This document shows, piece by piece, positions 16,924-25,629 of a DNA stretch of 25,629 nucleotides (position 1 is its first letter; the number at the start of each line of letters is the position of its first letter). Origin of the DNA: Fidelibacterota bacterium (lineage in GTDB: Bacteria; Fidelibacterota; Fidelibacteria; Fidelibacterales; DSDE01); NCBI GenBank assembly GCA_046735395.1, contig JBJKQR010000049.1:1-25629 (forward strand), read 5' to 3'. Below the pieces are notes generated by a model that worked only from the letters and a program-made list of their open reading frames with translations, made no database searches and was not told the DNA's origin. The position numbers and the translations under genes were made by a program.

Positions 16924-18072
16924 ATGGCCAAAATTCACAGCGAACAAATGTTCATCAACATGGGGCCGCACCATCCCTCCACGCATGGGGTTCTGCAGCT
17001 GAAGCTGCATACGGATGGTGAGATTGTTACCAAGATCGAACCGGAAATCGGCTATCTGCACCGGACCTTTGAGAAACACGCGGAAAATCTGACCTATCCT
17101 CAGATCATTCCCTTTACGGACCGTGCTGATTACATCGCGTCCATGAACAACAACTGGGCCTATGTGATGACCGTGGAAAAACTTCTGGGCCTGGAAGTTC
17201 CGGAATATATTCAGTATCTGCGAATCATTTACGGGGAACTGAACCGTATCGCCAGTCACCTGCTCTTCTTCGGAACCTTCGGACTGGATACGGGCGCGTT
17301 CACGCCTCTGCTCTTCGCCTTCCGGGAACGGGAAAAGATTCTGGATCTCTTTGAAATGACCTGCGGAGCCCGTCTGCTCTACAATTATATGTGGATCGGC
17401 GGCGTCAGCCATGATATTCCTCAGGGCTTCATTGAAAAGACTTACGACTTTCTCAATAATTTCTACTTCCGGCGTGACGGAAAGGAAGCGGTTGTTGAGT
17501 TTGACAAACTTCTGACCGGTAATAAAATCTTTATCGAACGAAATGCCGATGTGGGAGTATTGACTCCTGCCGATGCCATTAATCTGGGTGTGACAGGCCC
17601 GTCACTCCGCGCCTCCGGTGTGGATTGGGATGTGCGTCGGGATGAACCCTATTCAATCTATGACCGTTTCGACTGGAATGTGGTCGTGGGCAAGGGTGAA
17701 ATCGGCACGATCGGTGACAATATGGAACGTTATCTCATGCGCATGGGTGAGATGATCGAAAGTGCCAAGATTGTCAAACAGGCGCTGGATCAGCTGGCCG
17801 GCATCGAGAAAGTCGATGTACAGAGCGCTGTTCCGAAACGCGTCAAGCCGGACGCCGGCAAGGAAGTGTATTTTCGCGCTGAAAATCCCCGTGGTGAACT
17901 GGGATTTTTTATCAAGTCCGATGGAAGTCTAAAACCCGCTCGTCTGAAAATGCGGTCTCCTGCATTCAGCAACCTCAGCGCCCTCTCGGCAATGGCTGAA
18001 GGCTGGATGATTTCCGATGTCGTCATGATACTCGGAAGTCTGGATATCGTACTCGGCGAAATAGATCGATAG
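16924..18072 (+). CDS. nuoD: Complex I subunit D
   Basis: GPHHPSTHGVL, GYLHR.FEK, DRADY, ELNRIASH, ENPRGELG, C-terminal LGEIDR; no Ni-binding CxxC pairs. Confidence 0.97.
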   Translation: MAKIHSEQMFINMGPHHPSTHGVLQLKLHTDGEIVTKIEPEIGYLHRTFEKHAENLTYPQIIPFTDRADYIASMNNNWAYVMTVEKLLGLEVPEYIQYLRIIYGELNRIASHLLFFGTFGLDTGAFTPLLFAFREREKILDLFEMTCGARLLYNYMWIGGVSHDIPQGFIEKTYDFLNNFYFRRDGKEAVVEFDKLLTGNKIFIERNADVGVLTPADAINLGVTGPSLRASGVDWDVRRDEPYSIYDRFDWNVVVGKGEIGTIGDNMERYLMRMGEMIESAKIVKQALDQLAGIEKVDVQSAVPKRVKPDAGKEVYFRAENPRGELGFFIKSDGSLKPARLKMRSPAFSNLSALSAMAEGWMISDVVMILGSLDIVLGEIDR

Positions 18073-18083
18073 GAACCGAAATT

Positions 18084-19169
18084 ATGCAGGGACTCATTTC
18101 ATACTTTCAAAATTCCTGGAATATGGCGCCCGGGCTGGCATTCATCGTGGGCACCGTACTCTTTGCAGTTGTCATATTCACCTTTCTGGCCGTCTTCGTC
18201 ATTATTGCCGTCTGGCTGGAACGCAAGGTGTCGGCTGTCATTCAGGACCGCTGGGGACCGATGAGAGCCGGTCTTACCATGCAGGGTGAACTTCAAACCA
18301 TAGCTGATACGATCAAGCTGCTGATGAAGGAAGACATCATTCCCGCCCGGGTTGACAGGCTTCTTTTCATTCTCGCGCCCTTTATCGTATTCATTGCTTC
18401 ATTCATGGTAACCGCTGTGCTTCCCTTCGGCCCCAATGGTGTGGCCTCGGACATGTCTCTGGGCGCGTTCTACCTGATTGCCGTGTCCTCTCTCGGTGTC
18501 ATCGGCATCGTGATGGCAGGGTGGGGCAGCAACAATAAATGGTCACTTTACGGGGCCATGCGCTCTGTGGCACAGATCGTGTCCTACGAGATACCCATTG
18601 CTCTTCTGGTGATCGCCATTGTCATGTATTCCGGATCTTTTTCCATTACGGATATTGTGGCTGCGCAGGATACGGGACGCGGGATGCTGGGATGGTTCAT
18701 CTTCAGAAATCCCTTTCTCTTCATCGGCAGCTTTATCTTTCTCATCGCCGGTACGGCGGAAAACAACAGAAACCCTTTTGATCTTCCGGAGAGCGAATCC
18801 GAACTCATAGCCGGTTTCCATACGGAATATACCGGTATGCGCTTCTCTTTCTTTTTTCTGGCAGAGTATGTGAATATGTTCGTCATGGGAATGCTGATCG
18901 CCATTCTGTTCCTGGGCGGATATACACCTCCCGTCTATGTACAGTCACTGGCAGACATCCCCTTTCTGCATCAGCTGTTCGGAAATTCCATTTTCTGGAT
19001 ACTGGTCAAGGCCGGCGGTGTAATTCTGATTCAGATGTGGTTCCGCTGGACTTTTCCGCGCCTCCGCGTCGATCAGCTGATGTATACGTGCTGGAAAGTA
19101 CTCATCCCATTTTCCATGGCCATTATCATTCTCAACGGTTTCTGGATGAAACTCTTAAATTTAGTCTGA
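18084..19169 (+). CDS. nuoH: Complex I subunit H
   Basis: ERK..A.IQDRWGP, ADTIKLLMKED, AQIVSYE, NRNPFDLPESESEL..GFHTEY, PRLRVDQL. Confidence 0.97.
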   Translation: MQGLISYFQNSWNMAPGLAFIVGTVLFAVVIFTFLAVFVIIAVWLERKVSAVIQDRWGPMRAGLTMQGELQTIADTIKLLMKEDIIPARVDRLLFILAPFIVFIASFMVTAVLPFGPNGVASDMSLGAFYLIAVSSLGVIGIVMAGWGSNNKWSLYGAMRSVAQIVSYEIPIALLVIAIVMYSGSFSITDIVAAQDTGRGMLGWFIFRNPFLFIGSFIFLIAGTAENNRNPFDLPESESELIAGFHTEYTGMRFSFFFLAEYVNMFVMGMLIAILFLGGYTPPVYVQSLADIPFLHQLFGNSIFWILVKAGGVILIQMWFRWTFPRLRVDQLMYTCWKVLIPFSMAIIILNGFWMKLLNLV

Positions 19170-19179
19170 CGAGGTGACA

Positions 19180-19698
19180 ATGAAAAAGTATTGGTCAAAT
19201 ATATTTTCAGCCGTATATACATTGCTGGTTGGCCTGAAAATCACACTGGGGCATCTTTTCAAGAAACCTCTGACATTGAAATACCCCTATGAAAAGGATA
19301 CACTTCCTTCCGGATCGAGAATGAAGCTGGAAGTGTATTACGATGACTGCATCGGCTGTAAACAATGCGAACGGGCCTGCCCGGTTCAGTGCATTTCCAT
19401 TACAACGACGAAGGCCACACCTGAAGATAATCTGGCACCCACTTCAAACGGGACAGCCCGGAAACTTCTGACAACCTCCTTTGTCATTGATTTCAGCGAA
19501 TGCATGTATTGCCAGCTTTGCGTCTTTCCCTGCCCTGAGAACTGCATCGTCATGACTCCCAATTATGAATTCGGGAAATATGACAGAAGCCTGCTCGTTA
19601 CTGATTTTTCTCCCATGAAACCGGAGGAGCAGGAACAGAGGCTGCAGGCCGCCGAGGCAGCAAAAGCCAAACCCAGCGCAGAAACAGCAAAGGAATAA
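19180..19698 (+). CDS. nuoI: Complex I subunit I (2x[4Fe-4S])
   Basis: CIGCKQCERACP and CMYCQLCVFPCP; ATG at 19180 follows GAGG (track start is GTG 19174). Confidence 0.96.
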   Translation: MKKYWSNIFSAVYTLLVGLKITLGHLFKKPLTLKYPYEKDTLPSGSRMKLEVYYDDCIGCKQCERACPVQCISITTTKATPEDNLAPTSNGTARKLLTTSFVIDFSECMYCQLCVFPCPENCIVMTPNYEFGKYDRSLLVTDFSPMKPEEQEQRLQAAEAAKAKPSAETAKE

Positions 19699-19700
19699 GC

Positions 19701-20195
19701 ATGAGAGATATTATTTTTATCATCTTTGCGGCCATGACACTCGGGTCTGCCGCAGTTACTGCCCTGAGCAAGAATCTGGTGCATTCCGTTTTCTCACTGA
19801 TGGCCACCTTCTTCGGGGTCGCCGCCCTCTACGTATTCCTGATGGCTGATTTTCTCGCCATTGCACAGGTTATGGTGTATGTGGGCGGTATTCTGGTCCT
19901 GCTGATCTTCGGTGTCATGCTTACACAGAAGATCAATTCCGTGGTCATTATTCACGGATCGGTTAACCGGCTCGGTGCCATCATTCTGGGGATTTTCATT
20001 TTCGGATTACTTGCCTGGGTTATCTCAGGAACATCCTGGTACCTCGGTCACAGTCCGGCTGTGGCGGAAACCGGTATCAACGAAATCGGGAATCTGCTGA
20101 TGACCAAATATCTGCTGGGCTTTGAAGTCGTCTCGGTGTTATTACTGGGAGCGCTTCTTGGTGCAGCGACTATCGCGAGAGGAGATGCGAAATGA
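19701..20195 (+). CDS. nuoJ: Complex I subunit J
   Basis: ADFLAIAQVMVYVGGILVLLIFGVMLT; IGNLLMTKYLLGFE. Confidence 0.96.
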   Translation: MRDIIFIIFAAMTLGSAAVTALSKNLVHSVFSLMATFFGVAALYVFLMADFLAIAQVMVYVGGILVLLIFGVMLTQKINSVVIIHGSVNRLGAIILGIFIFGLLAWVISGTSWYLGHSPAVAETGINEIGNLLMTKYLLGFEVVSVLLLGALLGAATIARGDAK

Positions 20196-20497
20196 TTACG
20201 CTGAATACCTATCTTTACATTTCTGCCATCCTTTTTGTGCTCGGTCTCATCGCTGTTCTTTCGCGCAGGAATGCCGTCGCTGTGCTGATGGGTGTGGAAC
20301 TTATCCTGAATTCAGCCAATATCAATCTGGTAGCCTTTAATCACTTCGGTGGCGGAACGCTGTCAGGCCAGGTCTTTGCAATCGTTGTTATTGTTCTGGC
20401 TGCCGCAGAAGCCGCTGTTGCTCTGGCTGTCATTCTGAATATCTATTACCGGACAAGTTCAATCAATGTTGATAATATCAATAACTTACAGGGATAG
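20192..20497 (+). CDS. nuoK: Complex I subunit K
   Basis: RRN..LMGVELILN, GQVF, AAAEAAVALA. Confidence 0.96.
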   Translation: MITLNTYLYISAILFVLGLIAVLSRRNAVAVLMGVELILNSANINLVAFNHFGGGTLSGQVFAIVVIVLAAAEAAVALAVILNIYYRTSSINVDNINNLQG

Positions 20498-20503
20498 TGA
20501 ATT

Positions 20504-22576
20504 ATGACGGGATATACACAGTACTCATTGCTCATTTTATTTCTGCCGCTGGTGTCCTTTGCCCTGCAGATCTTCTTCGGCAAATATCTGCCGAGGAAGG
20601 GGGACATTATTGCCACGACACTGGTCGGTATTACCTGGATGCTGGCATTTTCCATGTTTATCATGGTCTTTTTTGTCCAGAATGATCCCCATTTTCCCTA
20701 TTCGCCCAGCTTTACCTGGTTCACGATCGGGTCCTTCACAGCGGATATGAGCTTCTATATCGACAATATGACGGTGGTCATGCTGCTGGTGGTTGCGACC
20801 ATATCCACTCTGGTTCATATTTACTCCATCGGGTATATGGCCGGGGATCTGCGCTACAGCCGCTATTTCGGATTTCTGGGGATTTTCACCTTCTCCATGA
20901 ACGGGATCGTTCTGTCAGGCACCTTTATCATGACCTATATCTTCTGGGAATTAGTGGGGCTGAGCTCCTACCTTCTCATCGGATTCTGGTTTGAAAAGAA
21001 ATCCGCATCCGACGCCGGGAAGAAAGCCTTCATTGTCAACCGCGTCGGAGACGTGGGAATGTGGATCGGTCTCATGATCCTCTTCTCCGTTATCGGCAGC
21101 TGGACTTATACGGATGTTTTTCATTCCATTCACAATGGCGGACTGCAGGGCGGACTTCTGACCGCTGCGGGAATTCTCATCTTCATGGGAGCCATCGGAA
21201 AGAGCGCCCAGTTCCCTCTGCATATTTGGCTTCCGGACGCCATGGAAGGCCCGACGCCGGTATCAGCTCTTATCCATGCTGCCACTATGGTCGCCGCCGG
21301 AGTTTATCTCTCACTGAGAATTTTCCCCATGCTGACCATTGACGCCATGAATGTCATCGCCTTTATCGGTGGCTTGACAGCCTTTCTGGCAGCCATCATC
21401 GCCATTACCCAGAATGATATCAAGAAAGTTCTGGCCTATTCCACGGTCAGTCAGCTGGGTTACATGATCCTAGCTGTCGGTACCGGTGCCTATGTGGCCG
21501 GCTTTTTTCATCTGGTTACCCATGCCATGTTCAAAGCCGGGCTCTTTCTCGGTTCCGGATCGGTCATTCACGCTATGCACCATTCCCTGCACAAGCTGCA
21601 CGATCATGAACGGGATGCGCAGGACATGCGGAATATGGGCGGACTCAAAGTGAAGATGCCTGTAACCTACTGGTCCTTCGTGCTGTCCACGCTCGCGCTC
21701 AGTGGTGTTCCCTTCACGTCCGGCTTCCTCTCCAAGGATTCCATTCTTGCCGGAACACTGGCATATTATCATTACAATCATAATTTCTTCGGCCTTCTGC
21801 TGGCCATCTTCGGATTCGGAGCCGCGTTCATTACCGCTTTTTACATGTTCAGGCTCATCTATATGACCTTTCACGGAAAACCGGCTGATGAAAAGATTCA
21901 TGAGAATATTCACGAGTCTCCGGCGACCATGACTTTTCCGCTGGTGGTTCTGGCTGCGCTCAGCACCTTCGTGGCATTCACGCTGCCGAAGCTGAATCCA
22001 TTTTCCACCAACGGGTGGTTTACAAATCTCATCAAGGCACCTGAAAAGGTGGTGATCGGCATGGGACAGTTCAATGAGATCGTGGAAGAAGGAATTCACC
22101 ATGCTCATTACACGGCCATGACCATTTCCATCATCGTGGCACTCACAGGTATTCTGGTGGCCACCATCATCTACTTCTGGAAAAAAGCCGATCCTGAAAA
22201 GATGGCTGCCGGAATCAGGCCTCTGTACCTGTTGTCTCTCAATAAATTCTATATCGATGAAATCTATATGAGCCTCGTTGTGCGTCCTTTTCTCAAACTC
22301 TGCCGCACGGTCGGATTCATTGATATGGAAGTGTATGACAAATACGTCATCGACGGAGCTGCGAAGGTTACCCGCAAATTCTCCGATTACGCCGGTGTCC
22401 AGCTTGATTACAAACTGCTGGATCAGACACTTGTGGACGGAGCAGGAAATATCACCCGTTATACTGGAAGGATTCTCAGAAAACTTCAGACGGGCAAGTT
22501 ACAGAACTATTTGAGCTATGCATTGACAGGATTCATCCTGCTTTACATAATCGGAACAATCATTAAAGCCGTATAG
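20504..22576 (+). CDS. nuoL: Complex I subunit L, with elongated lateral helix
   Basis: FWELVGLSSYLLIGFW, GKSAQFPLHIWLPDAMEGPTPVSALIHAATMV, KKVLAYSTVSQLG, FLSKD, LQTGKLQNY; 690 aa. Confidence 0.97.
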   Translation: MTGYTQYSLLILFLPLVSFALQIFFGKYLPRKGDIIATTLVGITWMLAFSMFIMVFFVQNDPHFPYSPSFTWFTIGSFTADMSFYIDNMTVVMLLVVATISTLVHIYSIGYMAGDLRYSRYFGFLGIFTFSMNGIVLSGTFIMTYIFWELVGLSSYLLIGFWFEKKSASDAGKKAFIVNRVGDVGMWIGLMILFSVIGSWTYTDVFHSIHNGGLQGGLLTAAGILIFMGAIGKSAQFPLHIWLPDAMEGPTPVSALIHAATMVAAGVYLSLRIFPMLTIDAMNVIAFIGGLTAFLAAIIAITQNDIKKVLAYSTVSQLGYMILAVGTGAYVAGFFHLVTHAMFKAGLFLGSGSVIHAMHHSLHKLHDHERDAQDMRNMGGLKVKMPVTYWSFVLSTLALSGVPFTSGFLSKDSILAGTLAYYHYNHNFFGLLLAIFGFGAAFITAFYMFRLIYMTFHGKPADEKIHENIHESPATMTFPLVVLAALSTFVAFTLPKLNPFSTNGWFTNLIKAPEKVVIGMGQFNEIVEEGIHHAHYTAMTISIIVALTGILVATIIYFWKKADPEKMAAGIRPLYLLSLNKFYIDEIYMSLVVRPFLKLCRTVGFIDMEVYDKYVIDGAAKVTRKFSDYAGVQLDYKLLDQTLVDGAGNITRYTGRILRKLQTGKLQNYLSYALTGFILLYIIGTIIKAV

Positions 22577-22601
22577 AGCTTATCAGGGAGGTTATTTTTT
22601 A

Positions 22602-24137
22602 ATGGAAACACACTTGTTAAGTTATCTCACATTTTTACCGGTTCTGGGTGTTATCGGAATTCTCATCACCCCCCGGAAAAATCTGGATGTCATTAAAACG
22701 GTCGCTGCCGTTACCACCGGTATTCAGCTTATGCTGGCCGTTCAGCTGCTTCTCGGTTTCGAAAGCGGCGTAAAGGCGATGCAGTTCGTGGAACACACGA
22801 GCTGGATTCCGTCCTTCAACATTGAATATTTCATCGGAGTCGACGGCCTGTCCGTTCCTCTGGTCTTCCTGACAGCCCTGCTGAGTTTCATCGGAGTCTT
22901 CGCTTCCTGGAATATCACCAAGGCCAGCCGCGGCTATTTCTCGCTGCTGCTGCTGCTTGACATGGGTATGATGGGCGTCTTCGTTTCACTCGATTTCTTC
23001 CTTTTCTACATCTTCTGGGAAGTGATGCTGCTGCCGATGTACTTTCTCATCGGACTCTGGGGCGGGCCCAAAAAGGAATATGCCGCTATCAAGTTCTTTC
23101 TCTATACGCTGTTCGGATCGGTTCTCATGCTGCTGGCCATGCTGGCGCTCTATTTCTCCAATGATCCGCATACCTTCAACATGCTGACCCTCATCGAGAA
23201 TGCCTCACAGCTCAATTCCCTGTATATCTGGGGATTCCAGGCCAGCAAGGTGATCTTCATCGCCCTCTTCATCGGCTTTGCCATCAAGGTGCCCGTATTT
23301 CCTTTTCACACCTGGCTTCCTCTGGCGCACGTCGAGGCTCCGACGGCCATTTCCGTCATTCTGGCCGGTGTGCTTCTGAAGATGGGAACCTACGGTCTGC
23401 TGCGTATCTCTTTTCCGCTTCTGCCCGATGCCACCCTGTGGTTTGCCGGTGCTCTGGCCGTTCTGGGATTGATTAATATCATCTGGGGGGCCATGTGCGC
23501 CCTGGCTCAAACCGATCTGAAAAAGATGGTTGCCTACAGTTCCATCAACCATATGGGATATGTACTTCTCGGTATGGCTGCCATCGCCGGTGCGGCCACG
23601 AATCTGGCCGCAGCGCAGACAGGCCTCAGCGGAGCCTATTTCCAGATGTTCAACCATGGTACCATTACAGCCATGCTCTTCCTTCTTGTGGGAGTTGTGT
23701 ATGACCGGGCCCATCACAGAGACATCAATGGTTTCGGTGGCCTCGCGTCGGTCACGCCGCTGTATGCCGGAATCACCGCCTTTGCCTTCTTCGCAGGCCT
23801 GGGCCTGCCGGCTCTCTCCGGGTTCGTTTCCGAAGCTCTCTGTTTCCTCGGTGCCTTCCCCGTGTTCAGAACCGTTACCATCATTTCTGCCCTCGGTATC
23901 CTTCTGAATGCCGGATATTTCCTCTGGTCCTACCAGAGAGTGTACCTGGGACCGCTTAACCCGAAATATGAAAAACTGGCAGAAATCAACGGCCGGGAGA
24001 TATTCACACTCGTTCCGCTGATGGTCATCATTCTCTTTTTCGGTGTATATCCGGCTCCCTTCCTGCATCTTATCTCCGCTTCCGTCGATCAGCTGATCGA
24101 ATGGGTCTATGTGGGTTCTAACCTGGTTGTGCACTAA
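22602..24137 (+). CDS. nuoM: Complex I subunit M
   Basis: GVDGLS, FWEVMLLPMY, IKVPVFPFHTWLP.AHVEAPT, LLKMG, GFVSE. Confidence 0.97.
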   Translation: METHLLSYLTFLPVLGVIGILITPRKNLDVIKTVAAVTTGIQLMLAVQLLLGFESGVKAMQFVEHTSWIPSFNIEYFIGVDGLSVPLVFLTALLSFIGVFASWNITKASRGYFSLLLLLDMGMMGVFVSLDFFLFYIFWEVMLLPMYFLIGLWGGPKKEYAAIKFFLYTLFGSVLMLLAMLALYFSNDPHTFNMLTLIENASQLNSLYIWGFQASKVIFIALFIGFAIKVPVFPFHTWLPLAHVEAPTAISVILAGVLLKMGTYGLLRISFPLLPDATLWFAGALAVLGLINIIWGAMCALAQTDLKKMVAYSSINHMGYVLLGMAAIAGAATNLAAAQTGLSGAYFQMFNHGTITAMLFLLVGVVYDRAHHRDINGFGGLASVTPLYAGITAFAFFAGLGLPALSGFVSEALCFLGAFPVFRTVTIISALGILLNAGYFLWSYQRVYLGPLNPKYEKLAEINGREIFTLVPLMVIILFFGVYPAPFLHLISASVDQLIEWVYVGSNLVVH

Positions 24138-24149
24138 AAGGAATTTTCT

Positions 24150-25629
24150 ATGAATGCAATTCTCAGTCTGAAATATTTTATGCCTGAGCTTGTTATGACC
24201 GCACTGGTGGTGATCGTGGTGCTGGCTGACCTTCTCCTGAAAAAGGAAAATCGCATGAAGGGAAACAGCATCGCCTTAGCCGGATCCATCGTGGTTCTGA
24301 TCATGCTGCTGTATTCCGGCCATGGCGAACACAGTCTGTTTTTCGGAACAGTGGTTCGGGACAGCTTTGCAGGCTATTTCAAAATCATTGCGGTGCTCGC
24401 CCTCATCTTCACGCTCTGGGCGAGCCGTTACAGCACTGCTTTGAAAGCGTATAACCCTGGTGAATTCAACAGCCTGCTGCTTATGATAGTATTAGGCATC
24501 TTCATCCTTGCGTCCTCCGTAGATCTGCTGCTCATTTACCTCAGTTTTGAGCTGCTGAGTCTGCTTTCCTACGTGCTGACAGGCTATCTGCTCAAGGACA
24601 GGAAATCCAATGAAGCTTCGCTGAAATACATCATCTATGGTGCGTTTTCAAGCGGTGTCATGCTCTTTGGAATGACCTGGCTTTACGGATTGACCGGAAG
24701 CCTCCGGATGGATGCCATTCATATCTTTCTGAATGGATATACCGGGTCTACATTGACAGTCTATCTGAGCATGCTCATGATTTTCACGGGACTCGGCTAC
24801 AAAATCGCCGCCGTTCCCTTCCATTTCTGGAGTCCGGATGTATATGAAGGCGCGCCCACACCCTTTACAGGATTTTTGTCCGTCGCGCCGAAAGCTGCCG
24901 GTTTTGCAGTGCTGATCCGTTTTTTCAGCTTCATGTTTTCCGGTTCAGGCGCCATGCAGGGTGATTCCTGGCAGGCGCTGGATTATTTGGACTGGCCGAC
25001 TCTGATCGCCATCGTATCTGCTGTAACCATGACACTCGGTAATTTCGTCGCGATTCAGCAGAAGAATGTGAAACGTATGCTGGCCTATTCGAGTATTGCC
25101 CACGCCGGGTATATGCTCATGGGACTGGTGGTTCTGGATCTGGAAGGTATCTACGCGATTCTTTTCTACCTGGCCGTTTATCTATTTATGAATCTGGGCG
25201 CTTTCTTCGTCGCCATTTATATTCATAATGTTTATGGCCGGGAAGATCTGGAGGATTTCCGCAGTTTCGGTTATAAGGCGCCTTTCGTCGCCGTCGTAAT
25301 GAGTATTTTTCTCTTTTCCCTGACGGGCCTGCCGCCTACAGCCGGATTCATCGGCAAGTTCTATCTCTTCCCCGCGCTGTTCAAATCTCAGTCACAATGG
25401 CTGTGGCTGGCGGTTATCGGTATCATAAACAGCGTCGTATCTCTGTATTATTACGCGGGTGTTATCCGCCAGATGTACATGCCCGACGGGGAAGAGACCA
25501 GAATCGACAGTCTGGAAATTCCTCGGGGCTTTGCAGTCTTGCTGCTGATTCTCCTGGTGCCGGTGCTCCTATTCGGCATCTGGTGGTCTCCGCTCCATGA
25601 TCTTGTTTCATCATCTCTTTCGATCCTGG
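24150..25629 (+). CDS. nuoN: Complex I subunit N, 3' end just outside the window
   Basis: Manual translation from ATG at 24150: MNAILSLKYFMPEL...SFELLS...EASLKY...GYKIAAVPFHFWSPDVYEGAPTP...APKAA...KRMLAYSSIAHAGY...GLPPTAGFIGKF. Not in the ORF track, consistent with no in-frame stop before the edge. Confidence 0.95.
   Translation, partial: MNAILSLKYFMPELVMTALVVIVVLADLLLKKENRMKGNSIALAGSIVVLIMLLYSGHGEHSLFFGTVVRDSFAGYFKIIAVLALIFTLWASRYSTALKAYNPGEFNSLLLMIVLGIFILASSVDLLLIYLSFELLSLLSYVLTGYLLKDRKSNEASLKYIIYGAFSSGVMLFGMTWLYGLTGSLRMDAIHIFLNGYTGSTLTVYLSMLMIFTGLGYKIAAVPFHFWSPDVYEGAPTPFTGFLSVAPKAAGFAVLIRFFSFMFSGSGAMQGDSWQALDYLDWPTLIAIVSAVTMTLGNFVAIQQKNVKRMLAYSSIAHAGYMLMGLVVLDLEGIYAILFYLAVYLFMNLGAFFVAIYIHNVYGREDLEDFRSFGYKAPFVAVVMSIFLFSLTGLPPTAGFIGKFYLFPALFKSQSQWLWLAVIGIINSVVSLYYYAGVIRQMYMPDGEETRIDSLEIPRGFAVLLLILLVPVLLFGIWWSPLHDLVSSSLSIL

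Noticed and set aside
15887..18072. Group 4 [NiFe]-hydrogenase
   Set aside because: The large subunit has no CxxC Ni-binding motifs and ends in GEIDR; NuoB has the tandem CC typical of complex I.
1762..24134. Long antisense ORFs (1762-2532, 4281-5039, 6627-7610, 10492-11403, 21470-22108, 23205-24134) and other short overlapping ORFs
   Set aside because: They are shadows of well-supported genes on the opposite strand or in another frame, with no recognisable motifs.

Overview
Gene-dense chromosomal window from a diderm bacterium (it encodes a TonB-dependent receptor and a lipoprotein). An FCB-group-like anaerobe is my impression, not something the sequence proves. From left to right: a minus-strand operon (GNAT-like hypothetical > thiamine pyrophosphokinase > Na+/solute symporter running off the left edge); a divergent second Na+/solute symporter; a minus-strand pair (1002-aa receiver/ATP-grasp/phospho-His protein > TonB-dependent receptor); a DUF4395-like membrane protein; a TPR protein; corA; a ~500-bp convergent intergenic mosaic of short tandem repeats and REP-like palindromes; a coiled-coil lipoprotein coupled to a YccA/BI-1 protein; and an 11-subunit complex I-like operon nuoABCDHIJKLMN that lacks nuoEFG (nuoN runs off the right edge). 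The most notable observation is a 28-residue tandem duplication in the NuoL lateral helix. This is the hallmark of '2M' complexes with an extra proton-pumping subunit, yet only one nuoM is present. No CRISPR array, rRNA, tRNA or transposase was recognised.
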